DNA of 63,797 nucleotides, counting the filler, from Octopus bimaculoides (Eukaryota): assembly GCF_001194135.2 (NCBI RefSeq). It is 11 parts of 11 records of this genome, joined end to end, with 100 filler letters (N's around TTAATTAATTAA, not from the genome) between each part and the next. Parts side by side here need not be neighbours in the genome. Positions count along the whole stretch, not along the records: positions 25,308 to 29,719 come from NC_068990.1; positions 29,820 to 34,043 come from NC_069007.1; positions 34,144 to 53,285 come from NC_068985.1; 8 more parts are not named here. One strand, 5' to 3'. The notes beneath the pieces were generated by a model, which was not told the origin of the DNA, did no database searches, and saw only the letters and a program-made list of their open reading frames with translations. How positions within the stretch are numbered: the first letter of the stretch is position 1; the number at the start of each line of letters is the position of its first letter. Both the position numbers and the translations under genes were made by a program. Positions 26,985 to 39,200 of this stretch are shown here, in pieces.

Positions 26985-28820
26985 CCTGGTGGAAAAATTC
27001 TATTAATTAAATAACGGAAATATTTTCCCCCGATGCAATCACTTAATTACAATAAAATCACTTCAAGCGAATATAAATGAATGAAAGAATAGCAACGAAA
27101 GAAAGAAGGAAGTAAACGATCAATAACAGAATTGATGAAGCAAAAACGGTAAAAAAAAAAGCAAAAATGCTAAAGCAAAAACAAGGAACTGTAAATTTCC
27201 CAAGGGAGGTAACTATTACGGTTCAGTGGAAATGTCTTATAAAGGGAGTTAACCAATAACTTTTTTTCTTTTTTTTTTTCTTGTTGAAACAAAATTTTTC
27301 GTCTTTTGGAAACAGATTCTTATTTTAGTAGAAATATAAAGATATTTGTCAGCTGGAAATTAATGAGAAGAGTCCACTGAATCTATCTTTGTATATTATA
27401 GGTATTTTATCGAGCCATCGTGGAAGTCGCTTCACGTGTTAGATCATCATCATCATCATCATCATCATCAGTTTAACGTCCTGTTTTCAATGCTCGCTTA
27501 GGTTGTATGGAGTTCACGTAGTTTGTTTACCGCCGGATAACCTTTCTGGCACCAATCCTCATCATTTTAAGTAACTTAATATTTTCCCATGGCCAGACGT
27601 TCTCACAAAATATTGGAAATGAATGACACTAACAGTAAGACAATCATCACGTGGTGTGTGTGTGTGTGAAGGTGCATGGCTCAGTGGTTAGAGCATCGGG
27701 CTTACAATCATGAGGTTGTGAGTTTGATTCCTAGACCAGTCTGTGTGTTGCGTTTTTGAGCAAGACATTTTATTTCATTAACGAATTAAAAACAGTGCTA
27801 CCCCATTTTACTTAACTGTAGAAATGAGTTGCAACATCACTGGTGCTAAGGTGTATTGGCCTTTGCCCTTCCCTTGGATAACATTGGTGGCATGTAAAGG
27901 AGAGACTGATATGTATGGGCGACTGCTTGTCTTCCACAAACAACTCTGCCCAGACTTGTGCTTCAGAGAGGAACTTNNNNNNNNNNNNNNNNNNNNNNNN
28001 NNNNNNNNNNNNNNNNNNNNNNNNNNNNNNNNNNNNNNNNNNNNNNNNNNNNNNNNNNNNNNNNNNNNNNNNNNNNNNNNNNNNNNNNNNNNNNNNNNNN
28101 NNNNNNNNNNNNNNNNNNNNNNNNNNNNNNNNNNNNNNNNNNNNNNNNNNNNNNNNNNNNNNNNNNNNNNNNNNNNNNNNNNNNNNNNNNNNNNNNNNNN
28201 NNNNNNNNNNNNNNNNNNNNNNNNNNNNNNNNNNNNNNNNNNNNNNNNNNNNNNNNNNNNNNNNNNNNNNNNNNNNNACAGCTGATGACCTTGGTGAGAG
28301 AGAAAAACCTGGCAAAATCTTATATCTTCTTTTCCAGTGACATTCTTCACTGATATTGAAAAGGTGAAAACAAGCAATGTTAATTCTCTAAATGAAGTAT
28401 TAACAGTAACTGCACGATAAAGTGTAGTATATTGCCACTTAAGTGTGGCTGACCCCTAGGGGTGGATGTTACTGTTGCTTTTAGCCCCAGGAGGACATCT
28501 CCTCCAGCTGGCTTATCGACACACGACTGTGTTGAATGCTATATCGAATATATTGAAGAATTGGTTGGCAATATATTACTATATTGAAACTTAATTTGAT
28601 TTTAATTTTTTATAAGTTGATTTTAATTGAGTTTTTACCTGTAATTCTGGAATTTTATCCCTAAAATTATTAATAAATATATATGAAGTAGGGGGTTTAG
28701 TTCACAGGTGATCTCAACGATGAGGCATGCTAGGTAAGTGCTGTAACAGGTTACTGGGGCTCCAAGATTATAGCCGAGACAGTAGTTATGGAGCCATTGT
28801 ATATTTCCGATGATGTGGAT

Positions 28821-29399
28821 ATGCAATTATTAAACAGGACAGTAAACATTAAGGCAAGGCAAACATTTCAAGTCATATACAATATTATTATAGGAAGAAA
28901 TTCAAAATCTTACAGCTGTTTCTGGGATATCTCCAAGTATGGGGTATACCGTCATCAGAAACAAACTGGGGGGGGCGGATATTGAAAATGAGAATGGTAT
29001 ATATTAATAAGATGACAACATAGAGGAAGGGAGTAAAAGAATAAGGAGATGGAAAGAAAGAAGAAAAAAGAAGCTTCAACTTTCCAAAGTTATAGGAACC
29101 AGAGCATAAGTCCTTAGGTGCAATCCTGCATATATCGATGTGGGGTTTGTACCTAAGGACTTACACTCATGGATCTCCTTATTCTTTTACTCCCTTCCTC
29201 TATGTTGTCATCTTATTAATATATACCATTCTCATTTTCCATATTTTTCCCTGTTTGTCTCTGATGACAGAATATCCCATACTTGGGGATATCCCAGAAA
29301 CAATTGTAAGATTTTGAATTTCTTCCTATAATAATTTTGTATATGACTTGAGATGTTTGCCTTGCCTGAAAGTTTGCTGTCTGTTTAACAATTATACAT
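28821..29399. repeat. Long foldback (inverted repeat), possible MITE
   Basis: 28821-29050 is the near-exact reverse complement of 29173-29399. A second inner inverted pair lies at 29102-29126 / 29142-29167. Confidence 0.9.
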
Positions 29400-29626
29400 A
29401 CATGCATACATACATACATACATACATACATACATACATACATACATACATACATGTATGTAAGATCTGAGGATCAAGGTGTAGGAAGAAAGTTAGCTTC
29501 AAGCAATTCATAGTAAATATAAATACCAACTTTCAGGAACAATAGTGGTTTATTGAGGTGGAAGGTTGTGGATTGTCTTGCATTGAAGTATGATAAGCTT
29601 AAAAAAATTTTTTTTATATTTTACAG

Positions 29627-29646
29627 TTGGCAACCAGGGTTGCCAG
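29627..29646 (+). CDS. Candidate 20-nt microexon of the VWA gene
   Basis: Strong acceptor (ttttttttatattttacag) and donor (cag|gtatgc). The sequence is also an 8-bp inverted repeat resembling hAT termini, so it is ambiguous. Confidence 0.35.
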
Positions 29647-29819
29647 GTATGCGAATAAGAATATAAGAGTTAAGAAATGGAGTAGATAAGAAGCCTGGAT
29701 CTTATCTACTCCATTCTATNNNNNNNNNNNNNNNNNNNNNNNNNNNNNNNNNNNNNNNNNNNNTTAATTAATTAANNNNNNNNNNNNNNNNNNNNNNNNN
29801 NNNNNNNNNNNNNNNNNNN

Positions 29820-30102
29820 AAAGCCCAACTGACAATCGTCAAAGATGCTTGCAAAGGTACACTGAGAACAAACTGTAGTAAAGTCCAAACAGAGTTTAAT
29901 GTTGCTGTATCGACTGTAACAATGTCCGACCTACAGAAACCCCTATATTCCGGATTGGTAATGAGCTTGTTTATCTTGAACTTACAAACGCCAATCCCAG
30001 TCAATAAACAACAGCAAGCAGTTTACTGGGTCCAACATATCAACTCAGCTGGCTCGACTGATGTCTTCACATATTTTGCAAATAAATTAGGACAGAGGAA
30101 TG
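29820..30102 (+). CDS. Exon upstream of VWA domain (5' end hidden in gap); possible lysozyme-like-fold domain
   Basis: Open frame from the gap edge: KAQLTIVKDACKGTLRTNCSKVQTEFNVAVSTVTMSDLQKPLYSGLVMSLFILNLQTPIPVNKQQQAVYWVQHINSAGSTDVFTYFANKLGQRN+G. Donor gtaagt, phase 1, which matches the phase-1 acceptor of the VWA exon. Confidence 0.8.
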
Positions 30103-30569
30103 GTAAGTAGAGATATTGTTTAAAATTCTATGCTAGATATTTGTCATGTGAGAACCTTATGAGAAGGACCGAGCATTGAAATACAAATAACAAGTTTTTT
30201 CCGGATCTGATCAAACATGCAAATAAATGTCTTTGAGAATAAATTTGAGCCGACTCTGGGAATAGAATTTCCGAGTCGTTAATCTACAGCGCCAAACCAT
30301 GAGCACATATGTGTGTGAGTGTGTGTATGTATGAGTGTGTGTCTGTGTGTGAGTGTATATATACATATATATAAATATATCAATTAGAAAATAGAGGATA
30401 ATATGCTAACCCCACCCCTTTTACNNNNNNNNNNNNNNNNNNNNNNNNNNNNNNNNNNNNNNNNNNNNNNNNNNNNNNNNNNNNNNNNNNNNNNNNNNNN
30501 NNNNNNNNNNNNNNNNNNNNNNNNTATATATAATTTCATGTCTCTTCCCCTTCAGTAAATTCCATCCAT

Positions 30570-30890
30570 TTTCAGCGAGAGTAAAGCTTTATGCGACTGT
30601 CTTCGTCCATACACATCACATGTCCAAACCAACACAGTCCCCTCTTTTCCACACTTCTTCTTATGCCTAATGTTTTCTCAATACACAAGTACTTTATCTT
30701 ACATGCACTCTGATGTTGAACATCCAACAGAGCAAATTAACTTCACTCCTCTCTAGTCTTCGCATGTCCATTTCAAATTTTCACTACCATGTAGCATTGC
30801 CCTTCATCTACAATAATCTTACAATCTGCATCTTTACGCAAAGGGATCTTTTGTTGCCAGCAAGTATAATGGCTCTCTGAACTTTCTCCA
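30570..30890 (-). mobile_element. RTE-clade LINE fragment in VWA-gene intron
   Basis: Minus strand reads RAMLHGSE...DMRRLERSEVNLLCWMFNI...GLCWFGHVMCMDEDS; the same ORF2 region as the 3350-4380 copy. Confidence 0.7.
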
Positions 30891-31003
30891 TCCTATTTTT
30901 ATTCTAGCAGTTATAATTTGATAACAATCAAATGCATAAATTTAATAAGAATTTAATATTTACAGATTCATAAACATAAGTTTGATTTTAAATATATTTC
31001 CAG

Positions 31004-31561
31004 ATTGCGCCAGTGCCCAGATCGACCTTGTTTTCCTTATTGATTCATCCGGAAGTGTTGAAAAGCCTGACTTTGAGAAGACAAAAACTTTCTTGAAAAA
31101 TATTGTGTATAACCTAGACATTAGTCCAGAAAAGACACGTGTTGCAGTGATTAGATTTGCAGATACACCTAACGTATCATTTTTCTTAGGAGACCACAAT
31201 ACGAACTTTGCAGTAAGAAATGCTATTGACGCTATCATTTACGATGGTACTGGAACTGCTACGGACACTGCTCTTGACAAAGCACGTACCAGTGTCTTCA
31301 CAAATACAAGAAAATCTGTTGCTTCCAAAGTTTTAGTTTTGGTGACTGATGGAAAGTCAAATAATGAAAATGAAACAATAGCGGCGGCTGAAAAACTGAA
31401 AGATGATGGCGTCACTATATTTACGATTGGAGTTGTCAATCCAAAAGTGTCTGAGTTAATTGCAGCAGCAAGTGAACCCAGTTGTACACATTTCATCAAC
31501 TTGAAAGGTTATAATGAGACTGATTTTATTGTGAAGAAATTTAGATCTGATTTTTGTGAAG
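31004..31561 (+). CDS. von Willebrand factor A (VWA) domain exon
   Basis: Acceptor tttcccag, donor gtaagt. 558 nt, symmetric phase 1-1. IDLVFLIDSSGSV (MIDAS DxSxS), GTATDTAL (T), VLVLVTDGKS (D), GVTIFTIGV, ASEPSCTHF; flanking Cys at both ends. Confidence 0.93.
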
Positions 31562-32433
31562 GTAAGTCTGGCGTCTTATAATTGTCATTATCATTGGTAG
31601 GCGGCGAGCTGCCAGAACTGTTAGCATACTCAACGAAATAGTGGTATTTCGCCCATCACTATGTTCTGAGTTCATATTCCACCGTGGTCGACTTTACATT
31701 TCATCCTTTCGAGGTCGATAAATTAAGTACCAGTCAAGTACTAGGGTCGATGTGATCGACTGGTCCTCTCACCCAAAATTTCAAGGCCTGTGCCTGCATT
31801 AGAGAGTATTATTAGTGGTCGTTTGTCAGCCGGGCGAAATGCTTAGCGGTGTTTCGTCTGTCGCTACGTTCTGGGTTCAAATTCAGCAGTGGCTGACTTT
31901 GACTTTTATCCTTTCGGGGGCCGATAAATTAGGTACCAGTGATACACTGGGTTCGACTAGTCCCCTTCCCCAAGATTTCAGGCTTTGTGCCTTTAATGGA
32001 AAGAACTATTAATGGTTGTGGTGGTGGTTGTTCTTGTTATTCCTGATGCAGCAGCATAGCTGTGTTTGAGAAATTTGTTTCCTAACTGCACGGTTACACG
32101 TTCAATTCCACTGCATGGCAGCCTGGGCAAGTGTCTTCTACAATAGCTTTAAGTTGGCCAGAGTCCTGTGAGTGAATTTGGCAGACGGAAACTGAAAGAA
32201 GCCCGTTCTTTACATGGATATATGTAAATGAGGGTCACTGCCTTACAAGTATTGCCATTCGCTTCCAATATTTTCTGAAAACCATGTCTGGCCGTGGGAA
32301 AATATCGGAAACTGATGAGGATTGGTGACCGGAAGGGCATCCTGTTGCAGAAAAATGTGCATCAATAAACTGCATACAACCCATGCGAGCATGAAATAGT
32401 GAATGTTAAAATGATGTGATGATCATCACGTTA

Positions 32434-32492
<59 letters not shown>

Positions 32493-32849
32493 ATATAAGT
32501 TTTATATACATACACACGCACACACAAGGGGTGTTCTTTAAAGATTTCCTCTAACCTACTTCCGGCTATTGTTGTTGGCACTCCGTCGCTTACGACGTCG
32601 AGGGTTCCAGTTGATACTACAATACACAAAACAATAAAATCCCTTTAATTTATACCCGCTGACTCGGAAGCCTCCTCTGGATCCCTAGCTTCAGCGACAG
32701 TTGTGAACTTGGGACCTAACAGATGACCAATTATAGCACTTACGCAGCATACCTATTGGTTTAGGTCATCGGCGAATTAAACCCCTCATATTCTTTATAT
32801 ATGTATATACGTATAGACATTCCTTATGTATTCTTTATGTATGTATACG

Positions 32850-33070
32850 TTCTAGCTCACTTCCGCTGTTTACAGCAGTGCTTGGAAGGAAGGTGTGTAG
32901 CGTGTGATCGTCGCATTGACCATGACAGTGGAAGTTGTCATGGCGATACCTGCTCAGAAGCCTACGAAAAGTTGCAGAAAATGTGCGGAGAGGAGTGTAT
33001 GTGTTGCACACAAGTGTACGAGTGGTTCAGACATTTCCAAGATGACCGAACAAATGTCGATATTGAAAGA
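32850..33070 (+). mobile_element. Mariner transposase N-terminal HTH fragment
   Basis: GDTCSEAYEKLQKMCGEECMCCTQVYEWFRHFQDDRTNV matches the mariner HTH pattern (A/T)xxxLxxxYGxxxxSxxQVxxWFxxFxxGR. Confidence 0.7.
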
Positions 33071-34143
33071 TAAATATAATTTAAATATATACAATGCTTA
33101 AAAGCAATCTTTCAGGTTGAAACACACAACATGCGTGGGTTTTATTTGTAAAAATGAGTAAGGATGTTGGTCTATGAGAGAACATGAGAAATAATGTGAA
33201 GAAGATGAAATGGTTGAAGATGACGTAGAATGGGAAAAAGAAAAAAAACAATAAGTGGAATGGAAAAAAAAAAATTTTAATAAAAGAGAAGGAACCCAAG
33301 AAAGAAAAACAAGAGTTACATCCCCTTAGAATTAAAACAGGAGTTACATCCCCTTAGAATTAGAACAAGAGTTACGACTCGTCAAAGTCAATGGCGGAAG
33401 CATATCCTTCTTCAATCTGGAGGTAGAAAAACGTTACGGTCAGTTAATATGTAAACAGAAGATAAAACACAGTTTGTGGATTCGCCAAATTATCTCCCTT
33501 AAACCATTTCTGATGGCAAAATTTATGGCGAATGGGACAGAGGAATCTCTAGTCTGTTTCCAGTCTGCGGGGTCTTTTTTCGGCGCTGATCGGCAACTGG
33601 AACCCTATAACTCTAGCAGATGGCATCTGAAATGGGGACATAGGCAATAAATCTCTCTTCTAGCATTTAATTTAGCACTTAAAAGATTCAGGTGCACCCA
33701 TAAAAGGTTATGTAATTCAAAATATAAACAATAACAAACCATAAAATACGTTTTTATTTTTCAAAATGGAACAAAACAGTGAAAGGGAAAATAATGTTTA
33801 TTTTTGTCTACTTCCACTTTATTTATATTTGTAAAGTTTCCTCCTGCTTTGATCAGATCCTCAAAATTAATCTTAGGTAACACATCTGCATCTACAGTTA
33901 TTCGAGATAAAGGCATCCCAAATATTATTCTAGCAAGCTTAAAGTGATTTCTTTTGTGCCGTAAACCATTTACCATTTCTGTGGTAACCCTCACCCCTCC
34001 TTCCCTTGATGCCCCGAGCACGAGCTTATTTTGCTTAATGGTTNNNNNNNNNNNNNNNNNNNNNNNNNNNNNNNNNNNNNNNNNNNNTTAATTAATTAAN
34101 NNNNNNNNNNNNNNNNNNNNNNNNNNNNNNNNNNNNNNNNNNN

Positions 34144-34400
<257 letters not shown>

Positions 34401-34896
34401 ATAATAATAATGATAATAAATAATAATAATAATAATGATAATAATAATAATGAAGTAGGTGATTATGATGACGTAATGATGAGAATGACAACAACAACGA
34501 TTGATGTAAATGAAACAAAATAATATTGACGATGTATATTGTGGATGATGATTAATACATTATCTATGGTGACATTGCAAAGAAATGACAACAATAAATT
34601 CCACCATAGTTACAGAACTATAGTAAAAGTAATAGAAAAGAATATAGTAGTCATAATAGAATTATAAAAATAGTATTACCATTTCGACAGAATTGATTTT
34701 GTCCTATTTAAAGTATTTTTTTCTCTTAAGTATTTTAAGACGTTTCAAGAACTGGATAAACATGTTTACATAATACATGTATAAATATATTGTTATTGTG
34801 AATACTGATGGTGTGTATATAGAGATGAATATTACATTACATTCGTGACACTTGCTTATATATATCAGTATTAGATGTTTGTGTAGGTGGCTACGA

Positions 34897-35037
34897 TTTT
34901 CAACGGAGACCAATGTCCTCTGCAGCTTGGAAACCTTGAGAATTATATAAACGTCACAACCATTTACGGCACTATAAATGTCACTGTAAAAAATGCCACA
35001 CATATGTGTGTGTGTGTGTGTGTGGTTGTGTGTATTC

Positions 35038-35068
<31 letters not shown>

Positions 35069-35180
35069 TGTATGCATGTATGTATGTATGCATGAATTCA
35101 AAATAGAAGACATGTTTATCACTTTAGATGCAGATTCTTGAGGTTTGTGACATTCAGCGGTCATTGGTCTCCGTTGAAAA
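34897..35180. repeat. 19-bp perfect inverted repeat enclosing microsatellite (MITE-like)
   Basis: ttttcaacggagaccaatg (34897-34915) / cattggtctccgttgaaaa (35162-35180), with imperfect extension on both sides. Confidence 0.75.
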
Positions 35181-35289
35181 GTGAAGCCAATGATGCAAAG
35201 GCCGACTGATGGAAATTAACAATACTTACGAATGTTATAAAACTCTTGTCACTATATTAACACACATGAATAATCAAGTGTTGGCTCGT

Positions 35290-35600
35290 CCCTTGCAGCA
35301 ATTTCTATGGCACTACAAACTCCGCCTCTTCGATCTCATCCTTCCAAACTTTAGCTGGACGTGTACAATTACGTTCTTCGTCAGATATATTCCTGTGACA
35401 TTCTAATCACCTATCTATAGTACTGGAGCTGTGACCGCTCATTGCGAATAAGCAGTTTCTCGACTTAGAGAGACTCCCTGATCTCCGATCTATGCACCCT
35501 GTCGAATAACGTTTCTCCAGAGATCCTTTAGAAGAATCCCATTCCGGGTTTACATATCTCAGGGACGTTTTCACGAGTGATAGAAGGCAGGCGGCTGGAT
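35290..35600 (-). mobile_element. Possible decayed CR1/L2-type LINE RT C-terminal fragment
   Basis: Minus strand reads LLSLVKTSLRYVNPEWDSSKGSLEKR and SLEG*DRRGG, weakly resembling LYxSLVRPxLEYxxxVWxP and LPSLExRRxRGD. Confidence 0.35.
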
Positions 35601-35877
35601 TGAATACTTGAACTGCAGCTGCTAATAATTATATGTCAGCTCCAGTATTCCATTTTCTGAATAGAAGTTGGTGATCCACAGCAATTATTTCAAAAGCATA
35701 AATATAATTCCTAGTTCAATCCTAGAGTAGTTCTCACGAGTAATCCTACGCAAAGAATCTTTATGTATCATTATTGCGTATTTTTTCTTCGTTTTTGTAC
35801 TTACTTTGATGAACCCACTATCTCGTAAAAGATTTTACTAAGGGAAGACTTAAAAATCGTACAAAAGTATTACTCAC

Positions 35878-35985
35878 GTAGTCACCCATAAAGAAGCGGT
35901 TTCCACTTTGACGCATTTCCAAAGTTTTTTCCATGAAAGGTAGGATTCTCTGGCATGTATTTCTAAATCGCTGCCTACGTTCATG
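35878..35985 (-). CDS. S-crystallin coding exon 5
   Basis: Acceptor ttatttccag, donor gtgagt. 108 nt, phase 0-0: [36 protein letters not shown]. Exons 1-5 sum to 600 nt = 200 codons with no stop. Confidence 0.95.
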
Positions 35986-36076
35986 CTGGAAATAACAAAA
36001 TATGCAAAAGATTTTAAAAATAATAATCGAGACATTGTCAAAATTAAATTTCTTACTAACGTATTCATCATCATCA

Positions 36077-36213
<137 letters not shown>

Positions 36214-39200
36214 TGCTGCTATTATTGTTTTCTTTCAAACTAAAAAAATTTCACTGAGAATTTTCACCGTTTTTGAAAAGTAACTAAACTGATTAATTTT
36301 CATTTCGAGTAATTGGAACCGCATCTTGACAACAATGTTTCTTTGAACTACATCGATTATTTTACCAGCACCTAGTCAAAAATAGCTTCATGCTATACAA
36401 GGTATGTTCCCAAAAGAAATTATGTTGAATGAAACAAAACAACCAACAAACAGAAAAAATAGTAAGACATATGTCAAAGAACATTGAAAATGAAAAACTT
36501 AGTTTTCATTTCAACAAAAAAAGCAGCATAACGTACAATACAACAACACATACACATGGCTATTCAAAATAAAGTGTGATAAATACTAACCAAGTCGTTT
36601 ATAGTCATGCTTTCGAACACAAGAAAATCTTGATGTTAGACATTTTACTGAATGAATGAAAGTGCTGCAACGTTTTGTTCAATAAATAAGAGTGTGGTAG
36701 TATTTTGTTCCTAAGAAAAGAGTCTCTTCTCCACTATCTATCAGAACGTTGTGCGAAAGAAAGAATAACATACCAGAGCCCCCAAAAATCGTTGAATTTC
36801 CATTGTTTCCCCTTTATATTCCGAATTTAAATTGCACCTGAACTTCAAATGAATACTAAAACAATGTCGCCATTTCGACTTGTCTGGAACTTATCAGTTA
36901 CAAATAAACAGTTTCGAATTCTTAGTATTAGTTACTCTGCCTTGCTTCTTCATCTATCCTATCACAACTTAATGAAACTGTAATTTGAGGTCCGAATATG
37001 GAGAGCAGTTTGCTCCAACATTTCTTCAAGATGTAAATTAATGTTACTAAGCTACTGTCTTTAGTTGTAGGACCTTAGTTCGCTTTTGGTTGTGTTGTGA
37101 GCGTTTAGCAGACGGGAAAATAGTAAGTTATCGGATTGTTAGCTGGATATGAATACATTGTCATATTAATGGAACAGAGATAAAAAATACTGAATTACCC
37201 CGTTTTTGTTCTTGTTCACCATCTACTCAACTCTAATTACTTGTACGACCAGCATGTCTTTTTGCATATTTAAGACATCATCCAAAGTACCCGTCGTTTC
37301 TACAACAGCAAGACGGAATTTGATAGAATCTGATTCCTTTTACTGACAGAATAAATTATTACGTTTCCCTTGTATTTGGAGTACAGTATCCTCTTAGTAT
37401 CATAATGTTACAGCGATGACTGTTACTCTACATTTGTTGCATTACTTTTGTCATGGCACATTAACATATTCTCAAATTTGCTGTGTCATAATGGTACACT
37501 TTGGGATTTGTAACGGAACAGTGGTACGAACACAGTTTTGTGGTATTTGAAAGTTGCATTTTGTAAGCTCTGCATTTCATCGTTCTCAATTATAAGCTTT
37601 GCAATAGGTTTGCTGTATTCTTTTAAATTTAAATCTTCGGTTTCAAAATAAAAATACTTCCCTTATCATGCATATTATCTCAGAAAAGTATCAGCGCTGA
37701 AACATTGTATTTTCCTGTATACGCTAGAAAGACGTCGTTCGAAATCCTTATTTACCGGTGTGGTTAACCTTTCTGCGTATTTACGTTTTGCATTCGGATC
37801 AATGGATTGGCTGATAATCAAAAGTGTAGTAATGCGTCTGATTGAATCTCCTGCTAGGTTTAAATCTCACCGGAGCATACTCTACATTTCATATTACTCA
37901 ACTGGATAATCAAACAACACTATTATTTATGCCTTTTTAAAATACTTTGTTTCAGTGTGATAAAATCAAACCCTTTCTGAATATACAGAAACAAGAAAGT
38001 AAACGTTTTACAAGAGTATGACTCCTTTTATAAACAATGCAGTTATAACTACAAATGGCTTGCGTATTATTTCTTTCTCAAAAATTGTCTTCTTCAACCA
38101 TTCAACAATTATAGGTACGCATCAAGGGGAAATTATTCTCTAGAACTATGTCCTGTTTGTTATTTAGATGGTTTGTGAAAATTTAATATAATTAGTAAGT
38201 TTTTGTAGTAATGATAATGAATGAAATCACAAAGAATACAATAGAATAACGCTTCGTATAAATTTGATTTGCAAACCGAAAAAATCGTATTTGAAATCTT
38301 ATGCTTCCATTATAGCTTGCTGTTTAAGGAATACACTCTTTATATAGAATTATCAATTCATTGAACAATTTAATAAGTTTTTCTCTAATATATTACAACA
38401 TCATTATGCAATAATTATAACAAAACTGAAGAGTGAATCATTAAAGAAGTATAGTAAGAAAACATTCTTTCATAATTTCATTATATTAAAATGTGTCTGA
38501 AACATAAAGGGAATTCACATTTATCGGTCCTTTTACGTAGTGTTATCTAACAAATGATTTTTAAAAACTGTTTAAAATCTGTATGAATACACAGAAATCC
38601 ATTCTGAATAAGTATTAAGGACGGGAGATTTTGAAAGCATTTTCATTAACGCTAATGAGATATATTTTCATAGGGGAGTGCATAATTTCAACTGACTAAA
38701 AAATTAGTTTCACTTTCTACATCATGTTTGGTAGTGTACAGTGAACTAATATATATTATTAGTTGCTGCTAGAATATTGTTTCAGATTTTGGAACAATGT
38801 CAGTAAGCTTTATGGGAGAGGGGAGTCGATTACGTAGACCTTAATACTCGATTTGGTACTGACCTCTAAATGATGAAAGGCAAATGCGTATTCGGTGGAA
38901 TTTGAATTCTAAACATAAAGGAGGAAGAAATGCCTCTTGACATTTTGTCCGTTGCGTAGATGATTCTGCCAATTTGCCTCCTTTGTTGCCGTTAGACTAA
39001 ATTTAATGGTAGGCAATACAAATTAGTTTCCATTTGATTTTGAAGATCAAATTCTTGTTTTTGAAACTACATATTCAATTTGACAAAATTGCATGTTGGT
39101 ATCAAAGTTAGTTTTAAAATGAACAAATATGCGGAGAGTGTCGAGTTTTGAAAGAATTTCATTATACGATTTGTATACAATGTCAATTTTCTAATACCTC

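Noticed and set aside
27670-27740. tRNA-like A/B-box sequence
   Set aside because: It continues into a shared SINE body and lacks a clean cloverleaf; a SINE head, not a tRNA gene.
30982-31003. ORF-track start (MILNIFP) for the VWA ORF
   Set aside because: Intronic polypyrimidine/acceptor sequence; the exon begins at 31004.
33380-33650. ~90-codon plus-strand open frame (VKVNGGSISFF...) and the 34887 frame (VATIFNGDQC...) as downstream VWA-gene exons
   Set aside because: No phase-1 acceptor gives these frames; the second overlaps an inverted-repeat element.
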